Shown here: one piece after another, positions 12,420 through 25,431 of the stretch
Numbering within the stretch: position 1 is the stretch's first letter
How the letters are laid out: each line of letters starts with the position of its first letter
Source: Octopus bimaculoides
Lineage: Eukaryota
NCBI RefSeq assembly: GCF_001194135.2
Contig: NC_068984.1
Span: forward strand, 58,876,988 to 58,929,557
Direction: 5' to 3'
DNA length: 52,570 bases
Notes under the pieces: model-generated
The model's database searches: none
Told to the model about the DNA's origin: nothing
Seen by the model: the letters and a program-made list of their open reading frames with translations, nothing else
Made by a program: the position numbers and the translations under genes

Positions 12420-13617
12420 CAGAGTGCATAAGATATTTGAGGACAGATTTATGTTTATAGAAAAACATATATAATAACAGATAATAAAGTTATTATCAAA
12501 AAATAAACCTTCTTTTTTATAATGTTATTCAATAAATCCAGCTTCAGCTTCAACAACCGCTTCTATATGAGATCTAAATCATCTACATGCTCGAATCAAG
12601 TGGTCCTGGTTCATTTTGGACAATGTTCTGACTATGGCAGCTTTCAAAAAATCTTTGGTGTTATGGGCGTGTTCATTAACCTCTCTCTCAGTAATGCTCC
12701 AAATGTAATAGTCCAATATATTGAAATCTGGGGAATTAGGAGGCCAAATGTTAGGGGTTATGTAATCATGAAATTTTTCAGCCATCCATTCCTGTTACTA
12801 GAGCCATGTGTGTTAGTGCAGAGTCTTACTGAAACACATATGGCCTACCATTGCAGACACTGTCTATCCAGGGCTTAACAATTATTTCCAGGACCTCAAT
12901 GTAGATGGCAGTGTAACTCTAAGGCCTTGTGGAAAGAAGTAAGGAGGCATCACATGTCCTTCATTGCTGACACCCCCTAAAACCATGACAGTTGTAGGAA
13001 ATTTTGTATGCATAACACTTGGAACTTCAGAAGGGTCTGCAGATAACTATCTGTCATTTCTTCCATTAACTTTTTGATTTTGGTCGAAATTTTTCTCATT
13101 TGAGAAAAACCAAATCAAATCTTCTGTTGGGTTTTTAAGTTTGTTTAAGTGCCTTTAATATCTGATGTAGTGATTTTCTTTTGCTTTTTCTGACAAATTG
13201 ACCTTTCTTCATCATATTAGACTTATATCTGATGTCTTCATGGACAACATTTCTGACTGTTCTTTCTGACACATGGAGATCTTTTGCAATTGAGCTCATG
13301 GACTTTGTAATCAATGGTCTGTTGAACTTGCTGGATAAATTCAGGTGTTCTGATGATTTCAGAGCATTTAGAATGCTTTTTATGCTTTGATACTGGTGAT
13401 ACGTTTCCATCTTCAGTCTCTAGCTCCTTACAAACTTTGTAAGGATATTTTTAAATCGCTATGCTCAGCCTTGATAACCACAATAACAGCATGCCTCTTC
13501 ATTTCTTGAGTATGCTGAAGGTCTGCCATTATTATTTTCTGAAACAAAGACTATAAAGAGCAAAAAATGCAGCAATGACCCCCAAAAGGTATGTCCTCAA
13601 ATACCTTACACACCCTG
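12420..13617 (-). mobile_element. Near full-length decayed Tc1/mariner DNA transposon
   Basis: TIRs cagagtgcataagatatttgaggaca / tgtcctcaaataccttacacaccctg, TA flanks; ORF remnants 13135-13410 (HTH-like SIAKDLHVSERTVRNVVHED) and 12579-12785 (WPPNSPDFNILDYYIW); stops and frameshifts. Confidence 0.9.
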
Positions 13618-16600
13618 TACACCCTGTGAATGAAAACTTATAACAAAACATAATATTGCATCAATTTTGCCTCCAAAATCCTCATAAAAAGGCTATTCTC
13701 GTTGCTTGGCTGTCCCCTGAAATTTCCTTTGTTTTAGGGAACTATCTCATTGCTTTATTAGCATGTACAAAAGAAAGTAATCAGTTAATTACACTTGGTT
13801 TGCTTTTGCATTCAGATTTGTCCTGTTTCATTCTTCATCATACTGTGTAGCAATTTTGTACTTTCTTAAAGTATAGTAATTTTTTTCAAATAATTCTGTA
13901 TTCTTGTTATCCCATCACATCATATAAACATTAAAAAATATTAGATACCAAACTAAAAGTTGTTATAAAAAGAGTGGAGGGAGGTAAAAAGAAAAGTGTC
14001 GTTGCAGAATCATTAGGATTTGCACTGTCAGCTTTTAAAACCATAATACATCAATCTAACAAAATGAAAATTTCCATGTAAAATTCAAAGAAGCATCATG
14101 CTCACATATGCATGCATAAAAATCATGAAATACATGGAAAAAAATATAAAACGCTTGGGTAGATAATATATCACAGTATCAGTTACCACTCTCTCAAGCC
14201 ATTTTCCACCAAAAGGCATTAAATTTAGTTAATTAATTGAGTGAGGTGGGATGGAAGAAGTGTGCAGCTTATTAATTCAGAACGAAATTGGAAGAAATAG
14301 AAGAGACATTTATAAGCTAATAGTTGTCATATATCACTAGCCAAGTCTTTGCCAATCATATTGAGTTATATTTTTTTATATGAAGTCTAGGATACTGTTG
14401 TATGACCGCAGCATTGTTCCAGACATGTGAAGTTTTCCAAAGTGAGTCACATTTCTTGAGAACTGAACACTGCAACATGTGTCAATAGACTGGCATACAT
14501 TTTTGAATAGAATGGAAGAATGAAGATTTTGATGACAATATAACCTAATGCTAAAGTATTGTTTTTGCAGCAATGGAATTGATTCTATCAGTTTTGGTCA
14601 TGTGATTATGTTGGAGTGATTAGAAAAGTTTATGTGCATGTATGTGGTGTTGAGGCAGCTGGAAGAAGAGTTTGTAAGGAATTTGTGTGTATGCAGTTTG
14701 AAGTTGGAAACAAACAGATAGCAAAAATGGTAGCTTTATGAGATGGAGAGCAGTGATTCAAGGATTCTGCAAAATTGATGAAAAACAAAATGTCATAGGT
14801 GAAACTTGAGTTGCAAGGTAGCTTACCAATACCATAAGATAAAATATACACTACTAGGAAAAGGAATGAAATTAATTTTGGACTGATTTTTTTTTTTCTT
14901 ATATTAAAACTTTTTTCCTTGTTATGTATGTGTGTATAAGTCTGTGTAGGTATATGTAGATGTAGATTGTGTGTATTTGTTCTGCATTGTAATAAAAGAA
15001 ATAGTATTTTCATTACGATTGAGAGTGAAGCCTTATCTCTATTGTTTAGACAATAGTGAATGAAACCTTGAAATACATTAATGACTTAAATTACTACCTT
15101 GTATTAAATAATGCTACATCTTTTATACAAATATAGGTCAAGCCTTCATATATATTTTGTTATAGAAAATATTTTGTAGGTTGACATGTTTGCTAGTATT
15201 GTGGGTGTGACAGACACATCAAGGATAATTATCTACAACTGTTAAAAAGCTGTGGATTCTTTTCACAGGAGATTGCACAGAAGTAATATGTGTAATAGAA
15301 ATATTTATTGCTCAGGGAAAGAAATTAGCAAACTAATGTTTTCAAAAGTGCTTTACTATTTCTTGAAGATAGCTGTATCAGTGTTGGTAAGCAAGTAGGT
15401 TTTTAATTAGAAGCATAATTTGCTGGCTTTGCAAGATTCATTGCATGTCAGGTGGGGGTGGGAACTTGAAAAAAATTTTTTAAACCAGTGTATATCCCCT
15501 TTCCTTGGATAATACTTACTGTAAGGACAGAATTAGTTTTCGTTTTAATTTCACTTCTATATACAATTTAAGTATAACCTTGACTTTCTTTTTAACCTAA
15601 AGAACAATCAGTGGCTAACACTGTTAATGGCAAGTAAAGCCAGATGCTAAATTCCCTGGCTGAATTTTAGAAATATATTTTCCTCCATTTGATCTATTAC
15701 TATTTCTTTTGAAAACTGGTTGAATAAACTGCTTCTCCTCAGCTGCTGTTTTTTAATACAATTTCTTTAACCTATATTTCAAATACAACTCTTTCAATAA
15801 ACACTTTCTGAAAAAAAACATAAAATTAAAGGTCTGTATATAAAATACATTCAGTTATTACTGTTATTAGGACATTCATCACAAAGATAAATTATTAGTA
15901 TAGGAGTCTCTGAGTTCTAAAACTGACAATATAAATGACAACTTTTGTATATAAGCAGTCAGAAGTGACCAATTATAATATTACTGTATATCTCAGAACT
16001 ACACATGTTAGCAGTTGGGATGTTAGGGTGGTTATGCCTTTTTCGAAAATATTAACCATATAAATGAAGTTAAATGTCTTCAATCACCAGTGGAAACTAC
16101 TCTGCAAATTTTTCTCACTGATAGCTTACCATTTTCTTACTCATTAATACTTCTTAGTGTTCTAAGTTATTTCTTATAAGAGGTGAAAGAGACCTAATTA
16201 TTTAAACTGACTGCTTATTTTATCAACAGCTGACAATCTTTTATTTTTCCTTCTTATTACAAATCAATCAGAAGAAAAGAAGAGCAGTACTTATGACCTT
16301 TGCAGGTGTCCTTCCACATGGGTGAAATTGATGTGGTATCAGCCCAGCCCAAATGCCTGCTAGTTACTGCTTGTGGGGACAAAAACAAAGAAACCTTTGG
16401 GAAAGAAACTAGGGATCTGATCTGATTGCTTTAACCTTTTAGTATTTAAACCATCTCTCTCTCTCTCACTCTCTCTCTCTCTCTNNNNNNNNNNTACATA
16501 TAATGTTCAAACCAACCAGATCCAGCCTTTCACATACACTCTACAATGCCATTCTAAAAGTAAACAATCACATCATCATAATTCTGAAGCTATGAGATAA

Positions 16601-17384
16601 TGCATAATTATTTCAAAACAGTGTGACTAAACATTACATTTGATGAAGTAATCTGAATGCTAATGGGTTAAAGTCAACCCTGGTAAGATTTGAATTAGGA
16701 TCATCGAAGACTAATACTAAAAACTGAAGTTTTAGTATTGGTTAATTTTTTCCATATTGGCCATCTTTCAGTGTTGGAACATTGATTTCTTACAGTGACT
16801 CAATCAACATCATAAATGTATAGGGGATGGGCATAGTCAAGTGGATTGATTGTTTACTTACACCAAGATGTGAACTCAGAACCAAGTGAAATGGAACTAA
16901 TTATTTTGAAGTAGTTATCTTACACTGTTGTTTATCTCATTCCACTATTTTTATGTATGTGTGTGTATGTATCTAAGCATGTGTGAGTGTGCATGTGCAT
17001 GTGCCTACATATATATATATGTATTCCTTTTTTACCCTTACTTATTCCAGTCAATGGGCTGTATTTTTGCTTATTCTCTGCCATGAGTGTGACTACTTTC
17101 CTCATGTGTGTCCATTGTTGCAATTTTAGATGCAGGATCTTAGAAAGTTGAACAACCAATTGTTTTTCATATGTTAATGTCTACTACATGTACATCCCTT
17201 TTGTTCTGTGAGTTGATATTGTTTGAAGCCTAAAGTATTGCAATGTGCAGTTCTAACCCAGAGTACAGATAGTGAGGTCTTGGCACTGTGTATGGCATCT
17301 AGTCCAGATATTTACACAACTTTCAGTGTCAATGCTTACCACTAGTATTTTCAATACCTTCCATGTGTGTGTGTGTGTATTCTT

Positions 17385-17617
17385 TTATTCTTTTATATGT
17401 TTCAGTCATTTGACCGCAGCCATGCTGAGGCACTACCTTAAAAGGTTTTAGTCAAAGGAATTGACCCCAGAACTCATTCTTTGTAAGCCTATTATTTATT
17501 CCATCAGTCTCTTGCTGAACCACTAATTTACAGAGGCATAAACACACCAGCATCAGTTGTCAAATGATGGTGATGGTGGTGGGAGACAAACACAGATTCA
17601 AAGAAACACTCATAAAT

Positions 17618-17620
<3 letters not shown>
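17385..17620 (-). mobile_element. tRNA-derived SINE, 3' part
   Basis: Homologous to 6057-6322. Confidence 0.75.
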
Positions 17621-17648
<28 letters not shown>

Positions 17649-17680
17649 CACGTATGTATGTGTGTGTGTGTGTGTGTGTG

Positions 17681-17723
<43 letters not shown>

Positions 17724-17789
17724 CATCATCATCATCATCATCATCGTTTAACGCCTTCCATGCTAGCAAAACTCTCCCTTTAAATTACA

Positions 17790-18000
17790 TTCTTTATCTT
17801 TTACTTGTTTCAGCCATTAGACTGCAATGTTGCTGGGGAATTGAAGAATTTTTAGTCGAATGTATTGACCACAGTACTTATTATTCTAAGGTCTAGTGCT
17901 TATTCTTTTGGTCTCTTTTGCTGAACTGTTAAGTTATGGGGACATAAATGCACTAGCACCAGTTGCCAAGCAGTGGTGGGGGCGACAAACACACACACAC

Positions 18001-18042
<42 letters not shown>

Positions 18043-18183
18043 GCTTCTCTCAGTTTCTGTCTACCAAATCCACTTACAAAGGCTATAGTTAGTCTGAGGC
18101 TATAGTAGAAAACACTTGCCCAAGGTACCACACACTGTGACTGAACCCAGAACCATATGGCTAGGAAGCAAGTTGCTTATACA
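17790..18183 (-). mobile_element. tRNA-derived SINE with internal (TA)n
   Basis: Both halves present around a (CA)/(TA) tract. Confidence 0.8.
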
Positions 18184-18521
18184 TGTATATTCAGCATAAA
18201 AAAGAGAAAAGCATATATTTCACATATAGTTCATACTTTGTGCTCAAGAGCTGTTTCATTAAGTTAAACATCATTAAACGTATAATTAATTTACATTATT
18301 CTGGCTTCTCAAATATGAAACAGCTGTTGAACATTAAGTATGAACTATTTGTCAAATTTGTTTTCAATCTTTTATACTTAATACGTTGCTCTTTAAGATT
18401 TTTTTTAACCAACTGTGTTTCTACATGCAAGCGGGTTCCACATGATTTTGTACAATGTAATAACATGTGAAAGTTTAAGAACTTGTCATTAATTGGGCTT
18501 TTAATTATCATGGATTTATCT

Positions 18522-18690
18522 TTTTGATATTCATACATTACCTCCTTGTGTGTGTGTGTACAAATGCATGTGTCAGCAGCAGCATTTAGCATCCGTTTTC
18601 CACGCTTTGATATTCATACATTACCTCTTTGTGTGTGTGTGTGAGCACACGTGTGCCTGCAGCAGCATTTAGCATCTGTTTTCCATGCTG
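18522..18690. repeat. Local ~84-bp tandem duplication
   Basis: tttgatattcatacattacctc..(tg)n..gcagcagcatttagcatc occurs twice in tandem. Confidence 0.8.
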
Positions 18691-19019
18691 GCATGGGTTA
18701 GATGTTTGGACTGGAATCGGTAAGCCAGAGAGCTGTACCAAGCTGTAGTCTGGTTTGGCTTGGTTTCTACAACTGGATGCCCTTCCTAATGCCAACCACT
18801 CCAAGGATGTAGTGAGTTCTAGGAAGGGAATCCAGCTGTAGAAACCAAGCCAAGTCAGATTGGAGCCTGGCACATATATATATATATTCATTTTCATATC
18901 TAGTTTTGTACTGACCAGATTTCTTCATTAATATATACTACCTACAACATTATAATTTATGCTTTGTGTTCCATCTTTAGAAATAAATACCCTTGAGGAC
19001 ACACTATTTTCCAAGTCAT

Positions 19020-19261
19020 TCTTTTATTCTTTTACTTGTTTCAGTTACTTGAGTGCAGCCATGCTGGAGCACCACCTTAAAGAGTTTTTTAGTCAAAGAA
19101 ATCGACCCCAGTAATTTTTTCTTTTTAAAGCCTAGTACTTATTCTACCAATCTCTTTTGCTGAAATGCTAAGTTACAGGGATATAAATACACCAACATCG
19201 GTTGTCAAGTGATGGTGGTGGGGGGTGGAGAAACAACAATGACATGCACACATAGATATAC
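19020..19261 (-). mobile_element. tRNA-derived SINE, 3' part
   Basis: Homologous to 6057-6322. Confidence 0.75.
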
Positions 19262-19540
19262 ATATATTTATGACAGGCTTCTTTCAATAAATACAGTTCT
19301 ATATTTAAGAGATGAGGAATTATGTACATTATTTACATTATTTACATTTGATGGATATTTGTCCTCATCTTGTTTGTTGTTAACACAATGTTTCGGCTGA
19401 TATACCCTCCAGCCTTCATCAGGTGTCTTGGGGAAATTTCGAACCTGGGTTCTCATTCCTAAGGTATTTTTCGATGTTGCTATTATTATTATTATTATTC
19501 AGGTCACTGCCTGGAATCGAACTTGGAATCTTGGGGTTAA
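19262..19540 (-). mobile_element. SINE-like repeat: partial tRNA-like head, (AAT)n, body with minimal hammerhead
   Basis: Minus: ccccaagattccaagttcgattccaggcagtgacctg (B-box-like), (aat)n, then an HHR motif and a tail with aatgtaaat repeats. Confidence 0.6.
19382..19427 (-). ncRNA. Minimal type I hammerhead motif with one stem III mutation
   Basis: Minus: GACAC-CTGATGA-A-GGCTG-(10 nt)-CAGCC-GAAAC-ATT^GTGTT; a G at the A after GAAAC would restore the AACGTT palindrome. Confidence 0.65.
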
Positions 19541-20814
19541 GAGCGCAGGCTACTAACTCCAAGATTCCCAGTTCGATTCCAGGCAGTGACCTGAATAATA
19601 ATAATAATAATGTGCCACTCAGGCGGTACTGGCAACGGCCATGCTCAAATGGTGTTTTTATGTGCCACCTGCACAGGAGTCAGTCCAGCGGTGCTGGCAA
19701 CGACCTCGCTCGAATAACCGCTTGGGAAACCTAGGTGCTGTAAGCATTCCATTTCATTTCTTGATAAATAAAAATCTATTAAAGAAATATCTGATTAAGA
19801 TATTAAGGTCTTTGATTAAGATATTATGGTTTTTGATTAAGGTCTTTGGTCCATATGATCACTTCACAAAATAGTGTCTTAGTAGAACCTCAGCCAAATA
19901 ACTAAAACTAAATAAAATGTGTTTACCACATACAAATTATGCATGTAACTAATGACTCTAGCTATTCTGCCGCCAAATTTTCAGTCTTCAGATTTAAGGG
20001 TTGGTATTATAGCCCCTTACATAAGTGAATGAATTCATAGATAAAGAGTTGATTAAGAAACAGGTTTTTTTTGTTTTTTGTTTTTTTAGTGGGGAGGTTG
20101 AGACTATAGTACATCCCCATTCCTCATTTGGTGGTTGGTCTAGAGTGCTTATATTTGATAGTGGAATGATACTGATAACCCAGTTTGGCTTCTGAAAACC
20201 CCTTTCTCTCACACAGACATTCAATCTACAAGAAAACGGAAAGAAGTGTCATCAAAATCGCTTGCAATTGGTTATGTAACAAATAATAAATGCATTCATA
20301 ACTTATATTACCATTTATTTTGTCACCTAATCTTTCCACTTTTTTTTTGTTTTTTGTTTTGTCTCTTATCTCCACAATATCTCTTTACAATCTCCACTGA
20401 GATTTTTATAAATTGATTTGTTTGTATCACTGAAAATCAGTGTTACTCTCTCCTAATAATAGTAAAATGTTGAAATGTTCAGCTGTTTGGTTTTTTTCTT
20501 TGTTTTCATTAAAATTCTTTTTTGGAGTAGAAGTAAATGTCAAGAAGACTTTAAGATTACCTCAGACTTTTATTGGTGTGGTTAAACATTTGTTTATTTT
20601 ATTTTTTAGAATAAGTATGTTATAACGACATTTTTGTGACAATGTATTTTTCTTTTCCGGTAGCTTTTGTAAACTTATCTGTTCCTTTACCAGTATAGAT
20701 TTAAGGACCTATTTGTATATGAAATTTTACGGATTACTGTTTTAAACAGTATTTCTGTTATTCAAAGAGGAAAATTTATTTTCTTGAGTTCATTTCCCAG
20801 GGTATCTGTCAATA

Positions 20815-20965
20815 GATGCTGTGAGTTAAGAAGTTTGCTTCCCAACAACATGGTTCTGGGCTAAGTCCTACTGTGTGGCACCTTGGGCAAATGTCTTCTA
20901 CTATGGCCCCAGGCTGACCAAAGCCTTGTGAATAGATTTAGTAGATGGAAACTGAAAGGAGGCTG

Positions 20966-21002
<37 letters not shown>

Positions 21003-21215
21003 AGTGTGTGTATGTTTGTGTCTTTTTGTCTTGGCATCATGTGGTAGTTGTAAAATGGTTATCACTGTCATACAAGCCTGTCATTTATTTCAAATATTCT
21101 GTGAGAACATATCTGGCTATGGAGAAGTATTATATTGCTTGAAAACAGGTCATAGAAAACTTGCTGCAATAAACTTTGTCCAACCCATGATAATGAAAAA
21201 ATGGGAATTGTAGCA
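20815..21215 (+). mobile_element. tRNA-derived SINE with internal (TA)n
   Basis: Head, ccttgggcaaatgtcttctactat body, then (TA)n and a 3' segment. Confidence 0.75.
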
Positions 21216-22138
21216 TTGATACCATTTCTAAGGGCATCAGTAATATAAGCCAAATGAAATAGTTTATACTTGAGAACTGGGAAACTTGGTTATGGTTATT
21301 GTTCACTGGGAATTGACTGCAGAACACTCAATAAAATATTAGAATTAAATATCTACATTTCTAGAATGAAATGTGAAGCAGTAGAGTAGAGCATTAAGCA
21401 TTTGTGTTAAAAATAAAGGGTCCATGTTCAAATCCATCTCAAAGTAGTAGTATTTTCAATACAACATTATTATCAACATGGCAACCAGACTGTTTTGATC
21501 AAAAGAGTCAAACACTAATATTTACAAATTATTTTGGTCTAAATAGTATTGATGATATTTGTTTCTATCACATAATATAAGCAGAGGAATGAGCCATGCT
21601 CAAGGCCTTTACAAGCCCTCCAAGTGTGGTGAGATTGATTCAGTTGATTTTCTTGAAAAACTGCAAGTTGATGGCTGTGAAAACAACATAGGCAGTGTGG
21701 CATAATTTTACACTATCTAAAACTGGTGTTGCTATTTATGCTGTTTATGCTCTGTAACTTAGCTTCTTAACAAACAAAGAATGATAAAATGTTTGAAATA
21801 GGTACTAGGGTCAATACAATTGACTAAACCCTTGAAGCCAACACCACCACAACAGAGTCACATGCCAATAACTAGAAACAGTAAAAGAATAAATGAATAT
21901 ATTTGTTAATTTATGACATGGTGGTTAAGAATACTGAAAATTTGTATGAGATATTGAAGTTTTAAAATTTTGGATTGAGCTAAACTGGTTGTTGTGCATA
22001 CCATAAAGTATGTCTTCTTTTGTGTAAAATATAGCATTAAATATTTTTATAGTTGTGTACAGGAAAATATTTCATTCTTCAAGTTTTATGAGCCCCATAA
22101 AATAGTATCGTTCCTACATCTGGGATGTAGGAACAGAT

Positions 22139-22240
22139 ATTCTGCACTAGCAGACATTCTGCACTAGCAGACATTCTGCACTAGCAGACATTCTGCACTA
22201 GCAGACATTCTGCACTAGCAGACATTCTGCACTAGCAGAA
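22139..22240. repeat. Six tandem copies of a 17-bp unit attctgcactagcagac
   Basis: Five perfect copies, sixth differs at its last base. Confidence 0.95.
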
Positions 22241-24149
22241 AGTCACTCATATAGATACACTTCTGACTCTAGCCTACAGTCTTCTCTCTCTACCTTCTCT
22301 ACCACTACAACAATGGCTTGTGTTTGTCAGAGCTGGCTGGTCACATGTTATGTCTACTCTGGCGCTCTTGATTTACTTGTCTCTCTTCCCATCACCCTTC
22401 TTGTGTCCAGTTCTCACAGGCTCCACTCCTTTCTCTTCAGAATATTATCCTTTTGGGATTCCCTCCTGTTTCATGTTTTCCTTGCTGGTATCAAATTATA
22501 ACAGTAGCATATTGACAACCTCAATTTCATCAATTTTTGAAGGCTTCCAAAGGCCAATAGTACTTCTTCTCTAGACCCAACAAATACAAAGCATACACAT
22601 GAAAGAAAAAGCATAGGAAAATTCAAGTGTTTTTGATGCAAGTATGGAATGGTAAACTATACTCATTATATATTCAATCCAATAACACATTGCCAAAAGT
22701 GCAAATCTTGAACAGCCATTAATTATGTTATGACATAATTCTGCTTGCCCCATTTTGGCTTATTTACAAAAGACATGTTTCGCTCTTGCTTCATAGTTGA
22801 GTAGTTATAAGAAAGACTATCCAGCTGTAAAATAACAAAAAACGAAAATCACATCTCACTCATGCAATCCTGAAAAAGATAAATATAAAACTATACAAAG
22901 GGGGGGGGGGAATATATATGAAATATTTTAATCAATGAATGTATGGTGTAGAATGTGTGTATTGCTGTTGTGATTGTGGTTGTTACTATTTATCCTGAGG
23001 TCAAAGGCACTTCTGTCACAACCATCCCACAACGTTATCCAGCATGTCCTTCCCTCATTTTATGATAGTTTGGTGTGATTTAAGGGAGATTTTGCTGTTT
23101 TTTACTGATACAGTGACGACATAGGTGCCTTCTCATTAGTAGTAGTGGCTATGTGTGTGTTTGTATACATGTTGAAGGAAATTCTTGAATAGAATTCTTT
23201 GTTGAAAGGAATTCTGATTTTTACCGTTTTCAGTGTTCATATTACAACATAGGTGCATATATTATTTGTTCTCATTGTTTTAATTACAGTGGTTGCATTA
23301 GTGTTCAAATGGCTGGCAGCTGCATTCCTATGCTTATTTCAGTACATATATTTGACAGCTGCTAAGTAAAATGCTGCTGTCCAACAACATATGTTAAAAT
23401 CATGTGAAAACAAAACTGTGGCCTTTTGTTGTGTTGATATAATTCAGTTGCAATTAAATCTCTTACTCTCTGTTGCTCCCTTCTCTCTGTTCTTCCTTTT
23501 CCTGCTGTTTCTTAGATATGTGTTGCATGCATGTGTATGTGAAAGAGAGAAAGAGAGAGAGAGAGAGAATTTTTGTGGTTATTTTATTTAGATTCCATTC
23601 TCTGTAGTAAAAATGTATTTCTACTAGTTTATACTCTGTCTCTTTCCCTTTCATTCTGTATCTTTTTCTTTCATCTATCTCTTTTACCTTTGAAACGGTA
23701 GTTCTCTCTCTTTCTCTCTAGACCTTTTCTGTTTTCTACTTTGTATAATTCTACTCTCCTTTTCTTTATTTTCTTTTACTGTACATTTTTATCTTCTTCA
23801 AAATGTTTCATCCTATTTCTTTCTTTTTTCTTATTAAATCCTACATCTTATATCTTATGTTCTAATCCTCTTCTTCCTTTCACTCTCTATTTTCTTCTTT
23901 CACTTCTCTTCTGTTCTTTCTCTTTAAGAAAAAGAAATTGAAATAAATATATTTTGTGAGGTTTGTAAGCAAAGTTATTGGAGATATGTACTAATGCAAT
24001 GCATTCATTTAAGAAAATATAAGAAAAAATAACAATAAACTATTGATAGCTTCAAAGCAAACAAGTCTACTAAAATAATTATTGATTATATTTCTAAACA
24101 ATCATTCATATACACTATTCTATAGTCCTTTAAGAATCATTCTGCTGTG

Positions 24150-25431
24150 CTATTCTATCAAATTGACGGACCAAGCGAGAAATGTAACAGAAGGTATGAT
24201 AGCACAACTGATAAGAAAGAAAATTAGCTTAAATGATATGCAGTTCGGGTTTGAGCTTGGATAAGGTGTCACCAACATCTTTGTCTCAGTGAGACAACCA
24301 CAGAAGTTCTTACTTAAGTGCAAGACACTATACTTAGCATTCATTCATTTGGAGAAAGCTTTTAACAATGCATTGTGCTCTGTAGTCTGGTGGTTACTCA
24401 GAAAACTAGATGTATATCAGTGACTAATGAGAGTTATGCAAGCTATATATACAGAAGCTGTTTGCAAGGTGGAGAAATTTAACTTGCAAGTAAGTATCCA
24501 TCAGGGCTTGGTTATTAACCCTTTCCAATATATTATAGTTTTCTAGGCCATAACATAGGAATTTAAAACTGGCTATCCATGAGAACTCCTATATGGCACT
24601 GATATAGATCTCAGAGCTGAATCTCAAAAATTCAGAGACAAAATACAAAATACGGAAACAAGATCTAGAACTGAGATGCCTCAAAGTAAACAAAACAAAG
24701 ACTAAAGTTTAGTTAGCAGGAAAGAAAACTTGATTCTGATAATGTATGGGAAGTGGTCATGCTTCTCCTGCAGAGATGTAGGTTGAAATTTCATATTATG
24801 TACTGTATATAAATTATGGGTGCAACAAAAGGTTTTGTGGGATTGCAAGCAGGTTGACAGAGAAAGAAAACTTCCAACGTAACAGATGCACAAAAATAGT
24901 TAGCAGTAAGAGCATCCATGAAATGAATTCCTTAAGATGTTCAGAAAGATCCTTTGGAGTAATTAAAGTAGCACTGCTGATTAAGTCTCCTAGTTAACTG
25001 AAGTAGCTTGTGTTAGCTGGGACACCTAATTAGCAGTGAAGGTGAGTGCTTCAAAAACATAATAGCCAACAGAAGAATGGGATGGAAAGAGTTGAGGGAG
25101 CTATTTTTTTACCTCTGCTGGCAAGAAATAGATTCTGTTTCCCAGTGAATGACGATTTGTATGATGCTTGGGTAGAAAGTAGTGTTGCATGAAGTGAAGG
25201 CTGGAAAGAAAGGTTTATGAGATAGGATCTGAGTGGAAAGAACCTATGGAAGAAGAAAGCATAGGAAGAAGTAGAGAAGGTGGTCTCAAAGATGTAGGCT
25301 AAGCCTCACAGAGGAGATGACAAATAGCTGCAATGTGTTGAGATACTGTGCTGGAAAGATCCTTTCCAATCTATGTAAACATAGAAAAATGAATGTAAAA
25401 GAAAAAAATGATGATGTTGATGATGATGATG
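24150..25431 (+). mobile_element. 5'-truncated decayed RTE-clade LINE (reverse transcriptase relic)
   Basis: Translates with stops to IKLTDQ..MQFGF..YLAFIHLEKAF..IHQGLVINPF..ELLYGTD (decayed QG and YADD motifs); ends in a (GAT)n tail. Confidence 0.9.

Noticed and set aside
15269-15386. AG...GT bounded open segment on the plus strand (similar ones at 14391-14441 and 50396-50509)
   Set aside because: No recognisable peptide; expected by chance in AT-rich DNA.
18243-18333. Inverted pair of GAAACAGCT-like motifs
   Set aside because: No CTGANGA or stem II remains on either strand; cannot be called a ribozyme.
19533-19592. tRNA gene
   Set aside because: Lacks an acceptor stem and the 5' part of the D arm, and runs into (AAT)n; it is a SINE head.
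19960-20280. Possible promoter (gccgccaaa E2F-like site, acggaaag)
   Set aside because: Only short motifs, with no CpG island, transcript or linked first exon to support it.
22139-22240. CRISPR-like palindromic direct repeats
   Set aside because: No spacers, 17-bp unit, no cas genes, eukaryotic context.
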